25,469 nucleotides of DNA from Candidatus Thorarchaeota archaeon. GTDB lineage: Archaea > Asgardarchaeota > Thorarchaeia > Thorarchaeales > Thorarchaeaceae. Positions 1 to 8,162 of the stretch are shown here, piece after piece. Every line of letters starts with the position of its first letter. Position 1 is the first letter of the stretch. The position numbers were made by a program, and so were the translations under genes. The notes below the pieces were generated by a model. That model worked only from the letters and a program-made list of their open reading frames with translations. It had not been told where the DNA came from and made no database searches. Location of the stretch: positions 1-25,469 of the forward strand of contig JBHIAE010000041.1 of assembly GCA_046758445.1 (NCBI GenBank). The letters run 5' to 3'.

Positions 1-462
1 TCCATATATGCCATGAATCATTGCCTACAGAACCTGGGCGGGGCCATTCTCCTGAGTGGTGGACGGTTCATAAGACCCGGAGCGGTCCCAGAGAGGTCGA
101 CTTCTCAGAAGCTAAGGATACTTCTCAGCTCCATTGCCAGGCCTGGAAAGCCTGTGATTGAATATCGCCGGGAGGGAATGGTTGGACTTGATGATCCGCT
201 ATTCACCTTCATGTATACGCTACGTTTCATGAGAATAGTGAACTTCGAGGACGCTATTCTTCCTGAGAAGCTCGAATTTCCAGTGTTCGTTGGTGTCGGC
301 GACTCGGACGAGCTCTTCTCCATTGAATCAGCTAGAGCGCTGTTTGAGTCAATCCCCGCTGAGTCAAAGGAGTTCTTTGTAGCCAAAGGGGCGAAGCATG
401 CAGAGTTCCCGGAAGGGGGTTGGGAGCCTCTCTTCAGTTGGGTGGATAGCAACTTCGACTAG
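1..462 (+). CDS. Alpha/beta-fold hydrolase (lysophospholipase-like), C-terminal part; 5' end lies outside the window
   Basis: Frame is open from base 1 (SIYAMNH...). Has 'GAILLSG' strand, 'PVFVGVGDSDEL' (catalytic Asp region) and 'GAKHAEF' (catalytic His). The GxSxG nucleophile motif is not in the window. Confidence 0.75.
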   Translation, partial: SIYAMNHCLQNLGGAILLSGGRFIRPGAVPERSTSQKLRILLSSIARPGKPVIEYRREGMVGLDDPLFTFMYTLRFMRIVNFEDAILPEKLEFPVFVGVGDSDELFSIESARALFESIPAESKEFFVAKGAKHAEFPEGGWEPLFSWVDSNFD

Positions 463-467
463 GGCGG

Positions 468-1385
468 TCACATTGGACTAATCTTCTCCAGAATCTTCTC
501 TAGCCAGATGTCTCCTTGGCGGCGGAACTTTGCGTTCGAGTAGCTGACGTAAGTACTAGTCGACTTCACAAAGGAGGCTTCTCCCACGCTTTCAGATACT
601 CTTTCAGCATCTCTGAGAGTATCAGTTACGAAGTTGGCAAACACAACTGGCTCCGATGCCGACACATATGGTTCCCAGAACTCCATGGTGAATTCTTTCG
701 ACAACCAATCAACCACATCTTGTGCAGAGACTTCGGACTCTTCATAGTGGATTCTAACGAGGAATTGTGTCTGCTCGCCCGTGCTCATGTTCCACCTTGT
801 TCTGAATAGAAAGGCTCCACTCTCGACAAGTTCTGCTATCGCTCTCCGGGCCCTCCTTGTTGAGATTCCAGCATTCCTTGCTACTTCCTGACTTGCCGTA
901 CGAGGATCCTTCCTGAGTTGCTTCAGAACTCTCAAGTGCAACTTTTTCAATTCTAGACTGTTTCCCTTCTCCCATAGAAGATTATGAATCTCGACTCTCT
1001 CAACTCCATCAAGCCCTCGAATATGCTGGCCCACGTCCGAGAGTTGTTCTAGACCGACGTACCATCCAATTGCATAGTATGTGCCACCCTTTGTGCTCAC
1101 TATCTTGCTCACATGATGGAAGACTGGTGTATTCCCGATTTGACTCATGAGCTCAAGTGAGTCCTCTGAACCGTCACATTGGACTAGTGCGAATACTAGA
1201 TTGGCATTCATCATGGCGAGGGAGGGCAGGACTCGAAATCCAAGAATGACTCCGCCGTCGAACAGCTTTTGGACTCTCTTCTTGACAGCATTAGCTGAAA
1301 CGCCGAGGTTGGATCCCAAATCCTGATAGGTTGTTCTACAGTTTGTGTTCAGCATCTGGATAATCTTCTTGTCGAATATGTCCAA
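468..1385 (-). CDS. Lrp/AsnC-family transcriptional regulator with duplicated HTH+RAM modules
   Basis: N-terminal 'MDIFDKKIIQML..NCRTTYQDLG..LGVSANAVKKRV' AsnC HTH and a second HTH 'LRKDPRTASQEVARNAGISTRRARRAI'. TTG start with GAGG upstream. Confidence 0.85.
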   Translation of the reverse strand: MDIFDKKIIQMLNTNCRTTYQDLGSNLGVSANAVKKRVQKLFDGGVILGFRVLPSLAMMNANLVFALVQCDGSEDSLELMSQIGNTPVFHHVSKIVSTKGGTYYAIGWYVGLEQLSDVGQHIRGLDGVERVEIHNLLWEKGNSLELKKLHLRVLKQLRKDPRTASQEVARNAGISTRRARRAIAELVESGAFLFRTRWNMSTGEQTQFLVRIHYEESEVSAQDVVDWLSKEFTMEFWEPYVSASEPVVFANFVTDTLRDAERVSESVGEASFVKSTSTYVSYSNAKFRRQGDIWLEKILEKISPM

Positions 1386-1566
1386 TGCCAGTCCTCTCTT
1401 CTAGCTGCACACGCATGCCTGGATTCTCTCTTCTATGTTTCGAAATCAGTACACTCTTTGACTTCGCATCCTAGCTGAGAACAGGTATGTATGTGACACA
1501 TCATCCACAGTGCTTCATTGTTGCTGAATGATTCGAAGATAAGACTCTTTTGCGGAAGAGAGGTAT

Positions 1567-2490
1567 CTATGGCCACAGACCTTCTTTGGTCAACATTTCC
1601 TCAAGCCGGAGCTGCGTTAGAGGAGTGAGAATCGTAGCTGAATAGTAGATCAACGTGTTGAGCGCGGCCACACCAGAATACTCCCTCACTGCCCGAGTAA
1701 TCCCCTCAATCTCAAGCAGATGATCAACCATGAACACGCAAAACATCACCGGTTCAATCGCGGAAATATGCGAGTAGAAGTACTCCACTGGATATTCCTG
1801 GCGGAGTTTCTCCTCGATATAATCTGTTTTGGCCTCCTGAGAGTCTTACTCAATCTTCGCGATGAAGGCCATACTGTCCTCTGCATTTGGGTTCCAATAG
1901 AATGAGAAGTTGATAGATTCACTCTCAAGAAGATCATTGATGATTCTCCTGACCCTTCGTGTTGTCAGCCCCGAGTTTCTCGCGATGTCATTCACTGACA
2001 TCCTAGGGTCACGTAACAACCATGGCATCACGCGAAGTTGGAGGGAGCTCAATTCCATCTTTGAACCAAGATCGGCCATTGTAGGATGTATCTTCACGTC
2101 GATAACACCCTCAACCTTTCGAATGAAAGAACCAAGCTCAAGAAGCCTGCTAGCTCCAATGAAGTGAGCATGGAGGACGTAGTCGCCAGTTGTAAGTGGG
2201 AGTAGTACGTATATCATTGGATTGCCGCCCAGAATCTTAACCAACTGTCTATGATCTTGCCTGCCGTCAGTCTTCACCTCAATGAACGCAAACTGAGCGT
2301 CAATCATTGCAGGCATTATATCGAAAAGTCATCCCTGTATGGAACCGCTATCAACGAGCCTCTCAACTCGCTTCTTCGCCGCGTTTGCACTGACACCAAG
2401 TTTCTCACCTAGGTATTTGCAGGTGTTACGGCAGTTGGATCCGAGTTCCTGCCAGAGCTTCTTGTCAATCTCGTCCAACTTGATCTCCAC
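1567..2490 (-). pseudogene. Double-module Lrp/AsnC regulator interrupted by two in-frame stops (TGA 2331-2329, TAA 1848-1846)
   Basis: Manual translation from GTG 2490 gives MEIKLDEIDKKLWQELGSNCRNTCKYLGEKLGVSANAAKKRVERLVDSGSIQG*LFDIMPAMID...AKIE*DSQEAKTDYIEEKLRQEYPVEYF...WP*. All three pieces share one frame over 308 codons and are colinear with the 305- and 304-aa paralogs. Confidence 0.85.
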
Positions 2491-2555
2491 GTGAATCCAG
2501 CTTTCTCGACCGACACACTCGCTCCAACTAACAAGTGAGATGACTCTGAATCACA

Positions 2556-2570
2556 GAAACCTGAGGTTTC
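2556..2570. promoter_or_regulatory. 15-bp palindrome GAAACCT-G-AGGTTTC, candidate operator
   Basis: Perfect 7-1-7 inverted repeat in the divergent intergenic region between the Lrp pseudogene and the AbfD-like gene. Confidence 0.4.
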
Positions 2571-2632
2571 GGTACTTTCTTGACTCACGGTTCGGTGAAC
2601 ATCATGCAGGTGCACAAACGCAGGTCGTTCAA

Positions 2633-2640
2633 GTTAAGTA
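2633..2640 (+). promoter_or_regulatory. Candidate TATA box (GTTAAGTA) for a leaderless AbfD-like transcript
   Basis: Ends about 25 nt upstream of ATG 2665; no SD is visible. Confidence 0.4.
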
Positions 2641-2664
2641 CTCGTACTCCCTATCCACATTGAA

Positions 2665-4113
2665 ATGGTGAAACCCATGAGAACGGGAGAAGAGTATCGC
2701 CAGAAGCTATTCGGAATGAAGCCGAACATTTTCATTGATGGACAGAAGGTCGGGCGTGATGACCCCCGAATGCAGGGCGTCATCAAAACAATGTTTCAGA
2801 CACTCGACAGGGTTCAGGAACCTGAATTCAAGGAGCTGCTTACTGCGAAGTCTCATGTTCTTGATGTACCTGTCAATAGATTCACTCACATCCACCAGAG
2901 TGTAGATGATCTCCTTCGTAAACAGGAGCTAACCAGGAAGATATGCCAGTACGCTGGAGGTTGCATCTTTCGATGCATGGGAAATGACGCTATGAACGCG
3001 CTGTCAATCATAACTCATCGCACAGAGTCGATGACTGGCCGCCCTTACCATCAAAGGTTCTTGGAACATCTCAAATACTGGCAAGAGAACGACATTGTAG
3101 GTTGCTGTGCACAGACTGATGTGAAGGGGGACAGAGCACTACGCCCTCACCAACAGGCCGATCCGGATCTATACCTGCGAGTCGTGGAGCACCGAGAGGA
3201 CGGGATTGTTGTCCGAGGGGCAAAGAATCACATCACGGCGGCGGCTGTCGCAGAGGAGATTGTAGTACTTCCGACGCGATTTCTCACTGAAGAAGAAGAC
3301 CAGTATGCAGTCGCCTTCTCAATTCCTGGTGACTGGGATGGCGTCAAGCTAGTGACGCGTGCATCGAATTTCACACGAGAACGGTTTTCCGCTCCCTATG
3401 GAGAGGGTGGTGATGTTGAGAACTTCATCATTTTCGATGACGTCTTCATACCCAACGACCGGATCTTTCTGAGTGGGCTTGAAGGAGAACACGCGTTTGG
3501 AGGATGGGCAGCCTTGTTGTTTGCTCTCTTCCACCGTCACAGCTACACAGGCTGCAAACCTGCCTCCACAGACATCATCATTGGATTCAGTTCCCTAGTG
3601 AGTGAGTACAGTGGGATTGAGGACAAGAAGCACGTTCAATCAAAGCTTGCCAGCCTGATCAGTGTTGGGGAACTTGTTTACGCCGCTGGCATCGCCGCCG
3701 CCTACAAGGCGTCGAAGGACGACTCGGGCACAATGATTCCGGACCCAATCTTCTGCAATGTTGGGCGAAAGCACGCAGGAAAGAACTACTATCATGAACT
3801 TGAAACACTCGCTGATCTTGCGGGTGGACTGCCCGCTACGCTGCCTCTTGAAAAGGACTTCTTCGACGAGACTATAGGACCATTTCTACAAAAGTACATC
3901 AAGCGAAAGGAGGGTGTTGCTTCTGAGGACATCTACAAGCTCTTTCGGGCACTCTCGGACAAGCTATGTTCCCGCATTGGAGGCGTGATGGCAGTAGCAG
4001 GACTTCATGGAGGCGGAAGCCCTCAGATGGAAGACGTTGCTATCCTTAAACAGTATGACCTAGATGAGAGGAAGAAGATTGCCAAGTTCCTAGCAGGTAT
4101 CTCTGACAGCTAG
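2665..4113 (+). CDS. abfD: 4-hydroxybutyryl-CoA dehydratase-like FAD/[4Fe-4S] protein (AbfD/HpaB family)
   Basis: CIFRC and HRHSYTGCK supply the Cys3His cluster ligands. Also 'AQTDVKGDR', 'VVRGAKNHIT' and 'HGGGSP'. Confidence 0.8.
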   Translation: MVKPMRTGEEYRQKLFGMKPNIFIDGQKVGRDDPRMQGVIKTMFQTLDRVQEPEFKELLTAKSHVLDVPVNRFTHIHQSVDDLLRKQELTRKICQYAGGCIFRCMGNDAMNALSIITHRTESMTGRPYHQRFLEHLKYWQENDIVGCCAQTDVKGDRALRPHQQADPDLYLRVVEHREDGIVVRGAKNHITAAAVAEEIVVLPTRFLTEEEDQYAVAFSIPGDWDGVKLVTRASNFTRERFSAPYGEGGDVENFIIFDDVFIPNDRIFLSGLEGEHAFGGWAALLFALFHRHSYTGCKPASTDIIIGFSSLVSEYSGIEDKKHVQSKLASLISVGELVYAAGIAAAYKASKDDSGTMIPDPIFCNVGRKHAGKNYYHELETLADLAGGLPATLPLEKDFFDETIGPFLQKYIKRKEGVASEDIYKLFRALSDKLCSRIGGVMAVAGLHGGGSPQMEDVAILKQYDLDERKKIAKFLAGISDS

Positions 4114-4149
4114 AGGTCTTCTACTAGGATATTGAGTATTCACAATCTA

Positions 4150-4195
4150 GAATGAAATAAAGAGAATGACGGGCAAAACGCTTGGAATGCCCGTC
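4150..4195 (-). terminator. Hairpin (GACGGGCA/TGCCCGTC, 4168-4195) plus U-rich tract downstream of the SSB gene
   Basis: 8-bp perfect stem. The minus strand continues ATTCTCTTTATTTCATT. Confidence 0.5.
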
Positions 4196-4244
4196 TTCAC
4201 AACTGTTGCCAGTTGTTGGAAATGGTCAATGAAGTTGGTCAACA

Positions 4245-4775
4245 CTAGTATCTGCGTCGTCTGTCACGGCCACGATAGCCGCCACCGCCACGACGATCTC
4301 TGCCGCCATATCCGCCTCCTCTTCCGCCATAGCCACCGCTTCGTCCGCCGTAACCGCCACCATATCCGCCGCCACCGTAGTTTCTGCGACGACGTCGATG
4401 ATCCTCATGCTCTTCTGCAGACATGTCAACTTCCATGTTGACTTCTTCAATGGCTTCTTCAGCCTGAGCAAGCTCTCCGTACCTGCCTATGTTGAGTCGG
4501 AGGTTTCCTCTGAACAGACCAGTGTAGCCGTTCTTCAGTGTGTAGGTTGTTCCGGCAGACACTGAGTCAATCGTGTCATCCCATAGTGGTACCTGAACTG
4601 TCCCAGTTGAGTCGCCAACTACCGCATCTAATACTCTGTGGGTCGCCCCGTCGCTTCGTGACGAAACCTCACGTTCTTCACCCATCTCAATTACCTTGAA
4701 GGCAATTGTGACATTCTTCATTCTTGGCCGCAACTCGGCCACTGTAGCCTCAATAGGCTCTCTGTCGTAACTCAT
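4245..4775 (-). CDS. ssb: Single-OB-fold ssDNA-binding protein (crenarchaeal SSB/RPA-like) with Gly/Arg/Tyr-rich tail
   Basis: 'VAELRPRMKNVTIAFKV...VGDSTGTVQVPLWD...KNGYTGLFRGNLRLNIGRYG' is a typical OB fold. Start reassigned to ATG 4775 (MSYDREP). Confidence 0.85.
   Translation of the reverse strand: MSYDREPIEATVAELRPRMKNVTIAFKVIEMGEEREVSSRSDGATHRVLDAVVGDSTGTVQVPLWDDTIDSVSAGTTYTLKNGYTGLFRGNLRLNIGRYGELAQAEEAIEEVNMEVDMSAEEHEDHRRRRRNYGGGGYGGGYGGRSGGYGGRGGGYGGRDRRGGGGYRGRDRRRRY
4248..4400 (-). repeat. Low-complexity GGY/RGG coding repeats in the SSB tail
   Basis: YGGGGYGGGYGGRSGGYGGRGGGYGGRDRRGGGGYRGRDRRRRY. Confidence 0.9.
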
Positions 4776-4935
4776 CTTGTATTCTCTCGCTTCTGCGAAT
4801 TGCAGGTTGCTCAAAACTAGCGTGTTCCTCTGTTGGTGCTGCATTACGGGAATGACCCCTCACTGGACCACGTCTGGGAAGGCGCCTATTGCTTGTGTAC
4901 CTGCGGTCTTCTGTCGAAAACAGACGCTTAAGATA

Positions 4936-5577
4936 TTATGCATTTGAACGATTCGTGGCAGAATCAGACGTTTCACGTGCGTTTCGAAGCTCCAGTGTGT
5001 TGTAGGACAGAAGTCCAACGAACAAGAGAGCACCAAATACTGTGAACCACTCCACTATGGGTCCACCGACTGTAAACTGTAGACCTAGGCTCGAGAAATT
5101 GACCGCCAGGCCATAGAGTGCTATTGGCTTGATGAACCTGGGATGCAAGAGAAGAGCCAGATTGACAAGGATAAACACAAAGAAGTTCAGCAAGAAGAAC
5201 GTGGAAGATGCCGTCATATGGGAACTCCCTTGATCTTCAGAGAAGACGCCAATCATGATCAGTGCCACTGCCGAGGCAATGCCTATGATCTGTCCGCCAA
5301 TCATCAGGACTTTACCAAGCCTTCCTTCAGTATACCAAACATACATTCCAATGTAGAACGGAATGAGCGCAATTCCTGTGAGGATGCAGCCAATATTGTA
5401 GAAGTAGGCACCAAATGGGCTATAGTTGAAGTTGCCGAGTCTGCTTAGGTAGTGAGTGACAGGGCCAAAGGGCTCAGGGTAGAACGCCCAGGAGGTGAAC
5501 GTGAAGGCGCAATAGAGCAAGATCACCAGACCACCGCTTAGACCTGTCAGTGGCCATCTTGCGAGTCTTTCTTTCAT
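4936..5577 (-). CDS. Integral membrane protein, DUF998-like
   Basis: About 5-6 hydrophobic helices, with 'YLSRLG' loop motif, 'IGVFSED..SH' and 'EW'. Confidence 0.6.
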   Translation of the reverse strand: MKERLARWPLTGLSGGLVILLYCAFTFTSWAFYPEPFGPVTHYLSRLGNFNYSPFGAYFYNIGCILTGIALIPFYIGMYVWYTEGRLGKVLMIGGQIIGIASAVALIMIGVFSEDQGSSHMTASSTFFLLNFFVFILVNLALLLHPRFIKPIALYGLAVNFSSLGLQFTVGGPIVEWFTVFGALLFVGLLSYNTLELRNARETSDSATNRSNA

Positions 5578-5654
5578 GATTTCCTTCCCACAGTACCTAG
5601 TAGTGCAACCTACTCATAAGTCCAGAGTTGTTCATGCCCACTGGCCGGGCTTCA

Positions 5655-7451
5655 TTAGAATAATCGCGAGAAGGCGTCAGGCGCCTCCGTCGATTTCACC
5701 TTTTCATCCTTCTCGTCCCAAGCCACTGCCAAGGTTCGTCTTCGTTCTTTAAGCTCAGTGCCATCATCTGAATCGCCCATCACCCTCTCGATAATCTGCA
5801 ATGGATCGAACCACACGTCCAGCTCCACTATGTGGTCCGGGGTTCTTCTCTTGGAAATCGCATTCACTGCTATCTCATACTGTGCCACAGCGTCGTACAT
5901 TCTTCCCGCGTGTTCTTCTTCTTCAAAGAGTTCAAGGATAATCTCTCGAATAGACTCCATGAATGATACTCGGTCTGCCCGGACGGACTCAGCCGTTGGT
6001 GGTTCGAGACGACTGACACTGGCAACCAATTGTTTTGGTAGTTTGTCACCCAAATGGCTGAATGCCACGTTCAAACTGCAGGTCATTGCTGCCTGGATCA
6101 TCTCTCCTATAAAGACGAAAGTGAGCGCCTGTTTCCTTGATATTGATTTGGCAGGGATGTAGAAATACGCTGGAAAGATTAGTGGATGTTCTTGCATGAA
6201 CGATCTCAGATTTGTCCAGTTCGCGGGGATATCAGAGCTACCCGGACTTCCGTACTCGTCATAGACTAGCAGGTCTTTGAACTCCTCAAAGAGTCTTGAA
6301 CCCGGCTCAGGTGTCAACAGGTGGATTTGGATTCGGACTTTGTTTAGATCATGCGCCTTGCTCTTGAAGATCCAAGAGAAGAGTGCCTCAATGTCTTCCT
6401 CTCTTTCATCGGGCAGTCCTATGATGAATGAGAGTGTGCACCTCAAATCTAGCTCTACAATGGCACCTACGGTTTCTATCAGTCTACTTAGGTCGAGTCG
6501 TTTCCGTATTATCTTCTGCATCCGCTCTGTTCCGACCTCAATCCCTAGGAAGATTCCGAAGCATCCCGCGTCCCGCATCGTCCTCAGCAGAACTGCATCC
6601 ACAGTGTCTAATCGGCCGCTACATCCCCAACTCGCCCTCGGCTCATGTTGTCCAAGGGCTTCACAAATCCTTTCGACGTAGTCACGACTGAAAGTGAAGA
6701 GATCGTGAGAGAATGATATGTGCGACCGAGGAAGATGATTCTGAATGAGAGTCATTTCTTCTAGGACCCGGTCGACTGATTTGACTCTGAACTTCCTCTT
6801 GAAGTAGTTAGAAGTTGAACAGAATATGCAGTTATAGGGACAGCCCCTTCCCACCTCCAAGTGGACTGCGTTCTCTTCGTCATGAGGCTCAAGTTGACTC
6901 TTTTCATAGAGAGGAACCGGAAGACTATCCAAGTCTCTAATTGGCTCGGGCCATCCATTGTCTATTATCTGGTTTCCACCGCGAATCACCAATCCGGGAA
7001 TGATTGGAACCTTATCATCGACTCTCAGCGATTCTATGAAATCAGGAAATGCAACATCAGCCTCTCCGCGGATAATGGAGTCAAGATGATTGAAGGCCTC
7101 TAGAGTTTCTACCGCACAGAATGAAACGCCAGGGCCACCCATAATAATGTGCGTATCTGGAAGTCGCTCCTTGACGCGCCTTGACACCTCAATCGCAATG
7201 GCCAGGTTATTGGACATTGTGGAGAAGCCCAAGACATCGGGCTTTGAGGAAACAAAGATATCCACTATTCGCTCCAGTGCAGATTCTAGGTCGTGTTCGA
7301 CTAGCTTCCCGTGCTCAACGAGATCTAGAACCGAGCAATCAATACCTCGGCACTCAAGGGCTGCCGCGAGGGCAAGTACACCCAGGCACCGGTGTAACGG
7401 GACACGATGACCAACAGACATCTGATGTGTAGCGGCGAGAACCACTCTCAT
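5655..7451 (-). CDS. Cobalamin-binding radical SAM enzyme (class B methyltransferase-like) with C-terminal extension
   Basis: N-terminal B12 domain ('PDVLGFSTM', 'IIMGGP', 'RGEAD'), CxxxCxxC 'RGCPYNCIFC', 'GIEVG' and 'FIIGLPDE'. SD AGGAG upstream. Confidence 0.9.
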   Translation of the reverse strand: MRVVLAATHQMSVGHRVPLHRCLGVLALAAALECRGIDCSVLDLVEHGKLVEHDLESALERIVDIFVSSKPDVLGFSTMSNNLAIAIEVSRRVKERLPDTHIIMGGPGVSFCAVETLEAFNHLDSIIRGEADVAFPDFIESLRVDDKVPIIPGLVIRGGNQIIDNGWPEPIRDLDSLPVPLYEKSQLEPHDEENAVHLEVGRGCPYNCIFCSTSNYFKRKFRVKSVDRVLEEMTLIQNHLPRSHISFSHDLFTFSRDYVERICEALGQHEPRASWGCSGRLDTVDAVLLRTMRDAGCFGIFLGIEVGTERMQKIIRKRLDLSRLIETVGAIVELDLRCTLSFIIGLPDEREEDIEALFSWIFKSKAHDLNKVRIQIHLLTPEPGSRLFEEFKDLLVYDEYGSPGSSDIPANWTNLRSFMQEHPLIFPAYFYIPAKSISRKQALTFVFIGEMIQAAMTCSLNVAFSHLGDKLPKQLVASVSRLEPPTAESVRADRVSFMESIREIILELFEEEEHAGRMYDAVAQYEIAVNAISKRRTPDHIVELDVWFDPLQIIERVMGDSDDGTELKERRRTLAVAWDEKDEKVKSTEAPDAFSRLF

Positions 7452-7590
7452 TGAATCGACTCCTGAAGCAGCATCTTCATGGAGAGCGGCTTGACTTGGT
7501 AAACGGTCTCAAAGATGGCTTCAATAGCGCAACGTCATACTTTGTGACTCCTCTCAAATGTTTCTTGAGTTGACGATGATTGATGCGCTA

Positions 7591-7920
7591 CTATCTGTAG
7601 CCTGCGTCCTCTGGTCCAAAGTCTCTGACGAAATAATCGATTGCCTCATTGAATTCATCAAAGTACGCGTCCTTGAGCTCCGATACTTTGATGTCATCCA
7701 ACTTCGCCCCGACCACCTTGAGGACATTTTCCAGGGACGTTTTCTCCGCAGGCAGCAATCTGTAGTTGTACTCTGCGAGTGCCTTCTCATTGATTTCGCT
7801 GTGATTGATCAATACTTTCTGACGAAACTCAGAATCCAATATCAACCGATACGCCACAACTTGCTGTACATTCTTGAAGAGGCCGATTCTCTTCCTAATA
7901 GGTCTGGTAGGAACCTTCAT
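7591..7920 (-). CDS. Small protein with NHLP/Os1348-clan leader-like motif; putative RiPP precursor
   Basis: 'VQQVVAYRLILDSEFRQKVL...EKALAEYNYRLLPAE' resembles the NHLP pattern R...D.EFR..L...AL.E...L...E. Strong SD GGAGGT and a TATA box support a real gene. Confidence 0.55.
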   Translation of the reverse strand: MKVPTRPIRKRIGLFKNVQQVVAYRLILDSEFRQKVLINHSEINEKALAEYNYRLLPAEKTSLENVLKVVGAKLDDIKVSELKDAYFDEFNEAIDYFVRDFGPEDAGYR

Positions 7921-7973
7921 TTACCTCCAATCTCCCGAGTGATAACCTCGAATCAGATGAGTTACTGAGGTTC

Positions 7974-7982
7974 TATATAAAA
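7974..7982 (-). promoter_or_regulatory. TATA box (TTTTATATA) for the precursor/radical SAM cassette
   Basis: Consensus-like archaeal TATA about 54 nt upstream of ATG 7920, leaving room for a short SD-containing leader. Confidence 0.6.
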
Positions 7983-8162
7983 CCCGTCTATGAGGTTTGG
8001 CATTTGAACTATGGACGAGATTTCGACTTAACCTGTCAGCAAGGATAGATACCTCTAAGTAGACCTCCAGACTTCGAGTCTAACCTCCCCAACCACTACT
8101 TACAGAAGATTATTCTTGTGGATTGTACATCTCATATAGAAGAGCCCAAGCGTGTGGAGAAC

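Noticed and set aside
2329-2331. In-frame TGA read as selenocysteine or programmed readthrough
   Set aside because: Paralogs have Phe, not Cys, at this position, and a second in-frame stop (TAA) follows. Pseudogenisation is the simpler explanation.
4166-4197. SECIS-like element (ATGA...AAAA hairpin) after abfD
   Set aside because: The stem is plain Watson-Crick without the tandem G-A quartet, and abfD has no internal TGA. It fits a minus-strand terminator better.
4936-5577. DUF998-like gene as exporter or immunity gene of the RiPP cassette
   Set aside because: It is co-oriented, but the family is common and a possible promoter of its own (CTTATG, ~5614-5619) lies in the gap. There is no positive evidence.
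7521-7538. Micro-ORF MTLRY with GAGGAG upstream, plus a 10-codon ORF overlapping the rSAM start
   Set aside because: Too short to separate from chance without conservation or ribosome-profiling data.
7558-7968. 136-aa plus-strand ORF
   Set aside because: It is antisense to 7591-7920, which has the clear SD and TATA; treated as a shadow ORF.
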